Positions 34,119-38,333 of a stretch of 38,333 nucleotides of DNA are shown here, in pieces. Numbering within the stretch: position 1 is the stretch's first letter; the number at the start of each line of letters is the position of its first letter. Below the pieces are notes generated by a model. That model was not told the origin of the DNA. It was given only the letters and a program-made list of their open reading frames with translations, and did no database searches. The position numbers and the translations under genes are program-made. Source of the stretch: a virus; IMG/VR virus record IMGVR_UViG_3300009960_000009, positions 1 to 38,333 of that record; one strand, 5' to 3'.

Positions 34119-34987
34119 TAGAATACACTCTCTGTTCTATGAGCTGCTACCATTGGCAAGCGCGTCACTATCAACGAGGTTGCTAAAATATGTTCATCTG
34201 TTGTTACCGACAACTTATTTTCTTCGCGATTAATTCTTATCGACGGCAACTGCTGCGAATACTGAGCAGAGTGAGCCCATGTTTCTAGCCCAGTAAACGG
34301 GGCCTTAATCTTATACATACAATAGGCTACACAATCATCGACAGTCATTCCTTTAGGAATGTTATAATCTATCCACCACAATGCGCCTGGTGTGCTTGGT
34401 TTGTCAATTAAAGTCTTATCTGTCTTTATTGCCATAAGCATCTGAGATTGTAATCGTATGTTAATCCCATAATTATTGAAATCCTTATCTTCGATATTGC
34501 CATGCTCCACGCTCTTAAAGCCGTAGTTACCTATCTTATTACGAATATAATCATCTATTTGCAGAGGTCTCGCTGTATATGGATACTCAATATCTTGAGT
34601 GACGTCAATCGGGCAAATAAGAACCTTTTCATCATTACGACGAATATCTTGTCTATTCAAATAGATGAACTGCTCGTCAACACTATAATAGTCGGTTATT
34701 TGTGAGCCTTTTTTATCTAAAACTATAAAAAAAGGCGGATATCCTAGTCCGTGATACCATCTTGCTAGGTGAAAACCGTTCTTTTCTCCGCAATACTCAC
34801 CAGCATGAGGCAAGTCTCGCACATCAGCGCTGTTTGACCCTAGCGACGCTAAAACCTTTATCTGGAGAATAGGAAATGACGAGTTAAACAGCAGCTCGTT
34901 GTCACCAGCAGTACGCGCATCGAACCCTGGCATAGCGATTTTCATGCCGTAGTTTCTCCTGCTGATTAGTGTGCTCTTATTGGCCAC
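34118..34987 (-). CDS. Hypothetical virion protein, paralogue of 33363..34118 (GTG start).
   Basis: AGGAGGAGG upstream. RNYGMK motif. Confidence 0.5.
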   Translation of the reverse strand: MANKSTLISRRNYGMKIAMPGFDARTAGDNELLFNSSFPILQIKVLASLGSNSADVRDLPHAGEYCGEKNGFHLARWYHGLGYPPFFIVLDKKGSQITDYYSVDEQFIYLNRQDIRRNDEKVLICPIDVTQDIEYPYTARPLQIDDYIRNKIGNYGFKSVEHGNIEDKDFNNYGINIRLQSQMLMAIKTDKTLIDKPSTPGALWWIDYNIPKGMTVDDCVAYCMYKIKAPFTGLETWAHSAQYSQQLPSIRINREENKLSVTTDEHILATSLIVTRLPMVAAHRTESVF

Positions 34988-34996
34988 TGCCTCCTC

Positions 34997-35269
34997 CTAA
35001 AATATATTGTGCTCTGATTGCCCCATCACCATCACTACGCGGCCGTTTCTATCTTCGACCTTATATAGTCCGCGTATCTGCTGGTCTCCGCGCGTCTGGC
35101 CAGTTCTAACCTGGCGCGGCGTTATCTGCTGCTGCTGCTGAGTATCCTCGATGCTGGTGTATCCAATCTCGCGAAACCCTTGCATCATTTTGGTTTCTTT
35201 AGACTGTGTACGCTCCGAGATTATATCGCCAGTATTTTGGTTAAATACGTTGTTATTACTAGCGCTCAT
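34997..35269 (-). CDS. Small Gln-rich hypothetical protein.
   Basis: ORF between large structural genes. Confidence 0.4.
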   Translation of the reverse strand: MSASNNNVFNQNTGDIISERTQSKETKMMQGFREIGYTSIEDTQQQQQITPRQVRTGQTRGDQQIRGLYKVEDRNGRVVMVMGQSEHNIF

Positions 35270-37311
35270 CGATGCATCTTCCCCTCTTCCTTAAGTTCGC
35301 GCGCATTTAGCCCAACTGCCGTGATACGTGCAGGAGTGGTGCTGGTACCATCATTAGTTCCTACAATACCAAACTGTATTTCGCGGAATCGCTTATTTAT
35401 ATCAAAATATACCTCTGTATCTCCCTCTTTAGCAGCGTGAGAATCTTCTACCCATGGGCGGTTATCTATCTTGTAGCGCATTCGTATCTCACATCCTTTT
35501 GGCAGCGGGTCAAAAGAGGCGGCAATACGTAAGGCTTCCTTAGCTTTCCATGGCATACCACCGTCATACTTGAGACTGTCGTACTTAAATTTAGCTGCGG
35601 GTGTAGACATATTGTCAACGATTGCCATATTATATGCAGCTACTTCGCCATGGTCTGTTGCCGACACTGTCTTGTACGAGAAATACAACGTGTCGCCAAA
35701 GTTCCAAATACCACCCAGAGTAAGTTTTTTACGATCGGTGTTATAGTTTGTCTCCTCTGGAATACTGTATGAGTAGTAGAAGCAATTTGGATAATCTTTG
35801 TCTACAGAGCCGTAACTGTAGATACCATGCCGCATCGTTAATAGTGTTGTAGTACTTGGGTAGGCTAGCAGCAAAATGCCCCTCCGCACCGCCATGCAAT
35901 TTGAAAACACATCTGTTGTATCACTGATACCACTAAACTCGCTTTGCGACTCTTGAATCGTACGTACTTTTGTCAACGCCTTAGCGCCAGTGTAGCAATA
36001 CAGCGCGCCATCGATAATCATGTATGTAATATTTTGGTATGTGTACATGCTTTTTGGCTCGCCCATTGGTGTATCAATCATGAAGTTGATGCCGTCTGTA
36101 AACCCGTCCCAGAAAGCGAGCATGCCCTGTTGGAATATCCTAGTGCCTGCTTTACCCACTTTTTCGCAGCCCATTACCACGTATTCGTCGTTGCTGGTTA
36201 AGCTGGTTATTTCCATACCGCTTCCAACGATTATTTTATGGCGCTTAAATTCAGACCAATCTACCGTTTCTAGCCCGCTCGGCAGCCAGTCTACAAGATA
36301 TTGCCCATTACCAACTAATAGCTTAGTGCCATTCCAGTTTATAATTGGGTGTATTTTTTTATTAGTGGTTAGTAATAGCGACGCATAGTACCAATAATGT
36401 AGCCCCATCAAGTCATCATTCTGGTAAGCAGCCACTTCTACGCCCTGCTTATTAGCGTACAGATGAATGTGATACTCAGCACCGAAGTTAGCGAAATCTT
36501 GTAGCTTTATCTGTGGAAAAGTAAATTTAAGCTTGCCGTCGTTGGATATAGCAGATAACGGTTTAGTGTCGCTAGCTACGACGTGGTCGGCTTCATCATG
36601 AACCTCAATAGTAACGTCAGCATCTGCTGGATGCTTGGTAATCTTCACCTCAATTGCCGTCATTGGCGTTTGGTCTGGCATAAATATACATCTATTATTA
36701 GCTGCCTCATAAGTAGTGCCACCCTTGTAGCTAGCATTGCCCGGCCACGGCAGCATCCAGCGGCCGTTAGAGCCATTCTTAAATGTCCACCTGTTAGTGC
36801 CGCCGCCTATCCATTTGCCATCTCTGTCTTTTACTAGTATTTGCGCCATGGTAGGGTATGTACTGTATTTGCCAGTCAGGGTCGTTACCTTTGGCGTGCC
36901 CTCCTCTACAACTGGTGATACTTTATAAATCCTATCTAGCCCAGTGATAAACAAACAGTCCTTATTACCCCAGTAAACAATTGAGCCTTGCGCGCCATCA
37001 CCCCAATTCGGCAATACGGCCAGCTTGGTGATATCGTTAGCTAAATCAATCTTATATAAATCACCCTTATCAGAGATACCCCAACGCATACCATCTGGTG
37101 TTTGCTCCATAGCTGTGATTAGTCCGTCTAAATCTTCATCCACCAATTTACGCGTTCCTGGCAATACAGACATGGCGCTAGGGTTTTTGCGCGCGTCAAT
37201 ACACTCAGAATCAGCATAGCTGTTTTTAATGCCAATTTTGTCATCGGTACCAGTTCCGCCATAAAATGAGGTCTGGCTTATTATGATATCGCCACTATTA
37301 CCAACCGCCAT
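35266..37311 (-). CDS. Large hypothetical virion protein (681 aa), Trp/Tyr/Gly-rich.
   Basis: Long ORF. Overlaps neighbours by 4 nt (ATGA-type coupling). Confidence 0.55.
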   Translation of the reverse strand: MAVGNSGDIIISQTSFYGGTGTDDKIGIKNSYADSECIDARKNPSAMSVLPGTRKLVDEDLDGLITAMEQTPDGMRWGISDKGDLYKIDLANDITKLAVLPNWGDGAQGSIVYWGNKDCLFITGLDRIYKVSPVVEEGTPKVTTLTGKYSTYPTMAQILVKDRDGKWIGGGTNRWTFKNGSNGRWMLPWPGNASYKGGTTYEAANNRCIFMPDQTPMTAIEVKITKHPADADVTIEVHDEADHVVASDTKPLSAISNDGKLKFTFPQIKLQDFANFGAEYHIHLYANKQGVEVAAYQNDDLMGLHYWYYASLLLTTNKKIHPIINWNGTKLLVGNGQYLVDWLPSGLETVDWSEFKRHKIIVGSGMEITSLTSNDEYVVMGCEKVGKAGTRIFQQGMLAFWDGFTDGINFMIDTPMGEPKSMYTYQNITYMIIDGALYCYTGAKALTKVRTIQESQSEFSGISDTTDVFSNCMAVRRGILLLAYPSTTTLLTMRHGIYSYGSVDKDYPNCFYYSYSIPEETNYNTDRKKLTLGGIWNFGDTLYFSYKTVSATDHGEVAAYNMAIVDNMSTPAAKFKYDSLKYDGGMPWKAKEALRIAASFDPLPKGCEIRMRYKIDNRPWVEDSHAAKEGDTEVYFDINKRFREIQFGIVGTNDGTSTTPARITAVGLNARELKEEGKMHR

Positions 37312-37313
37312 GA

Positions 37314-38189
37314 TTAACCAATCCTCCTAGGAAATGCAAGTCCGCCGCGAGGCACCACGCCGCTCGCTCGTACATTTATAACCCCACCTGTTGTCTTGTC
37401 GCCGTACACACGTCTATATTCGTTGTAGGCATTGTCGTAAAGTTGCTTGTACATACTGGAGCTTTCCAGGTCTTTGCGCATCAGGAAAAACTGTTGTGCA
37501 GCGAAATAAACAGGCGCGTGATGGAACTCCTCGGGGAACGTCGGGCACTGTCCGATACGCACTTTCAATCCATGTTTTGATACCCCCGTATATGGTCGCT
37601 CTAATTTAATACTGTTACTACCAGAAATACCTATAATTTTGTACCAAAAACCATCATACCCCCCATCAATTGAGGTGTAGCACTGGTTAGGGAGTTTGCT
37701 AAACATATCAGTGTCAAAATTGCCTGTTATTGTATCGCTATCGTGCTCTACATTTGTAATAATCTCGAAATCTTCAATACACAAATCTGCCATTCTCGGC
37801 TCATACGACAGTTTAAGCGTATATTCCCCGCCAGCGGCTGGATATAGTTCCATTTTGCTGCTATCTTTGACAAAGAATGCACTAGGACGTCCAGACGACT
37901 TCGTACTATTCATACACAGCCACTCTTTTTCGCTATGTATCTCAATCAGCGGCATTGAATCGATAGACAACTCGGAAACTCGTAATAAATCACCAGGTAG
38001 TTTTACAGAGGAGACTCCAGCTACAATCTTTGACGTTTTTTCTTTACGTGTCCAATAGCGTCGAGCAGCATTATTAAACATCTTAATACCGGTATTTATA
38101 TCTGCAGCTATTTTCTTCATCTCCCGCGAGTCTTCGTACAAACCGCAAAGGTCCGCAGCCTCTTTTTTCATTTCCGTCCAAGTCAACAT
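37314..38189 (-). CDS. Hypothetical virion protein (291 aa).
   Basis: AAGGAG RBS immediately after the stop of the wrap-around fibre gene. Confidence 0.55.
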   Translation of the reverse strand: MLTWTEMKKEAADLCGLYEDSREMKKIAADINTGIKMFNNAARRYWTRKEKTSKIVAGVSSVKLPGDLLRVSELSIDSMPLIEIHSEKEWLCMNSTKSSGRPSAFFVKDSSKMELYPAAGGEYTLKLSYEPRMADLCIEDFEIITNVEHDSDTITGNFDTDMFSKLPNQCYTSIDGGYDGFWYKIIGISGSNSIKLERPYTGVSKHGLKVRIGQCPTFPEEFHHAPVYFAAQQFFLMRKDLESSSMYKQLYDNAYNEYRRVYGDKTTGGVINVRASGVVPRGGLAFPRRIG

Positions 38190-38211
38190 ATCTCTTGTTC
38201 TCCTTAACTCA

Positions 38212-38333
38212 ATTATACATTCTCATTCCACGCCTGAGCCGTGCCGTTTTGGGTTTCTTGCCAAACTTGACCCATGCCGTTCGTATTCTCATTCCACGCC
38301 TGAGCCGTGCCGTTTTGGGTTTCTTGCCAAACT
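38212..38333 (-). CDS. C-terminal segment of the same wrap-around tail-fibre ORF. Its stop TAA lies at ~38212..38214, immediately upstream of the RBS AAGGAG of gene 37314..38189.
   Basis: The minus-strand reading of 38212..38230 gives ...A W N E N V * followed by ttgagttAAGGAGaacaagagatATG. Confidence 0.65.
38219..38333. repeat. Right-hand copy of the terminal direct repeat (circular-assembly overlap or terminal redundancy).
   Basis: Same sequence as 1..115 (attctcattccacgcctgagccgtgccgttttgggtttcttgccaaact, spacer, repeated). Confidence 0.85.

Noticed and set aside
1-38333. Diversity-generating retroelement acting on the repeat-rich tail fibre.
   Set aside because: No reverse transcriptase ORF and no template-repeat copy of the fibre C-terminus anywhere in the window.
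1-38333. Integrase, excisionase, CI-like repressor or attP, which would indicate a temperate lifestyle.
   Set aside because: No tyrosine or serine recombinase motifs were found in any ORF. The only HTH candidate is the 70-aa protein at 27322..27534. No lysogeny module is evident.

Overview
The window appears to be a complete ~38.2-kb dsDNA phage genome presented as a circular or terminally redundant unit. The first ~115 nt (1..115) recur almost exactly at the end (about 38219..38333). A minus-strand tail-fiber ORF (start ATG at 1419) runs off the left edge and finishes in the right-hand copy (stop near 38212). The genome has two arms that diverge at ~13.7 kb, where back-to-back sigma70-like promoters sit, and converge at ~27.3-27.6 kb, where a bidirectional terminator sits. 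(1) The minus-strand late/structural arm (13714 -> 1 -> wrap -> 27322) carries: a TerS-like gene; TerL (Walker A GGARGPGKT); a portal candidate; an acidic scaffold-like protein; an NlpC/P60-CHAP peptidoglycan hydrolase whose catalytic Cys is interrupted by a ~312-aa LAGLIDADG intein; two tail-fibre genes, one with a tail-collar domain and one with 14-aa periodic repeats; two tandem paralogue pairs; Gly-rich and large virion proteins; and a capsid-like gene at the operon end. (2) The plus-strand early arm (13851..27346) carries: small genes driven by near-consensus sigma70 promoters plus a conserved ~24-nt translation-initiation element; an Rpf/transglycosylase-like gene; a winged-helix replication initiator with internal palindromic iterons; a PD-(D/E)xK exonuclease + RecT + SSB module; a KGG-repeat stress-protein homologue; YopX; VRR-NUC; and Zn-ribbon proteins. 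A phage GroES/GroEL operon lies on the minus strand within the early arm. A notable ~860-bp ORF-free, highly self-complementary region (22800..23660) is a candidate structured ncRNA/cis element. No integrase, DNA polymerase, tRNA, CRISPR or DGR reverse transcriptase was seen. Strong Shine-Dalgarno sites (AAGGAG) throughout, with CHAP/SH3b-like, YopX and RecT content, suggest a Firmicutes-type host. All homology statements are motif-level recognitions from the translated ORFs and have not been checked against a database.
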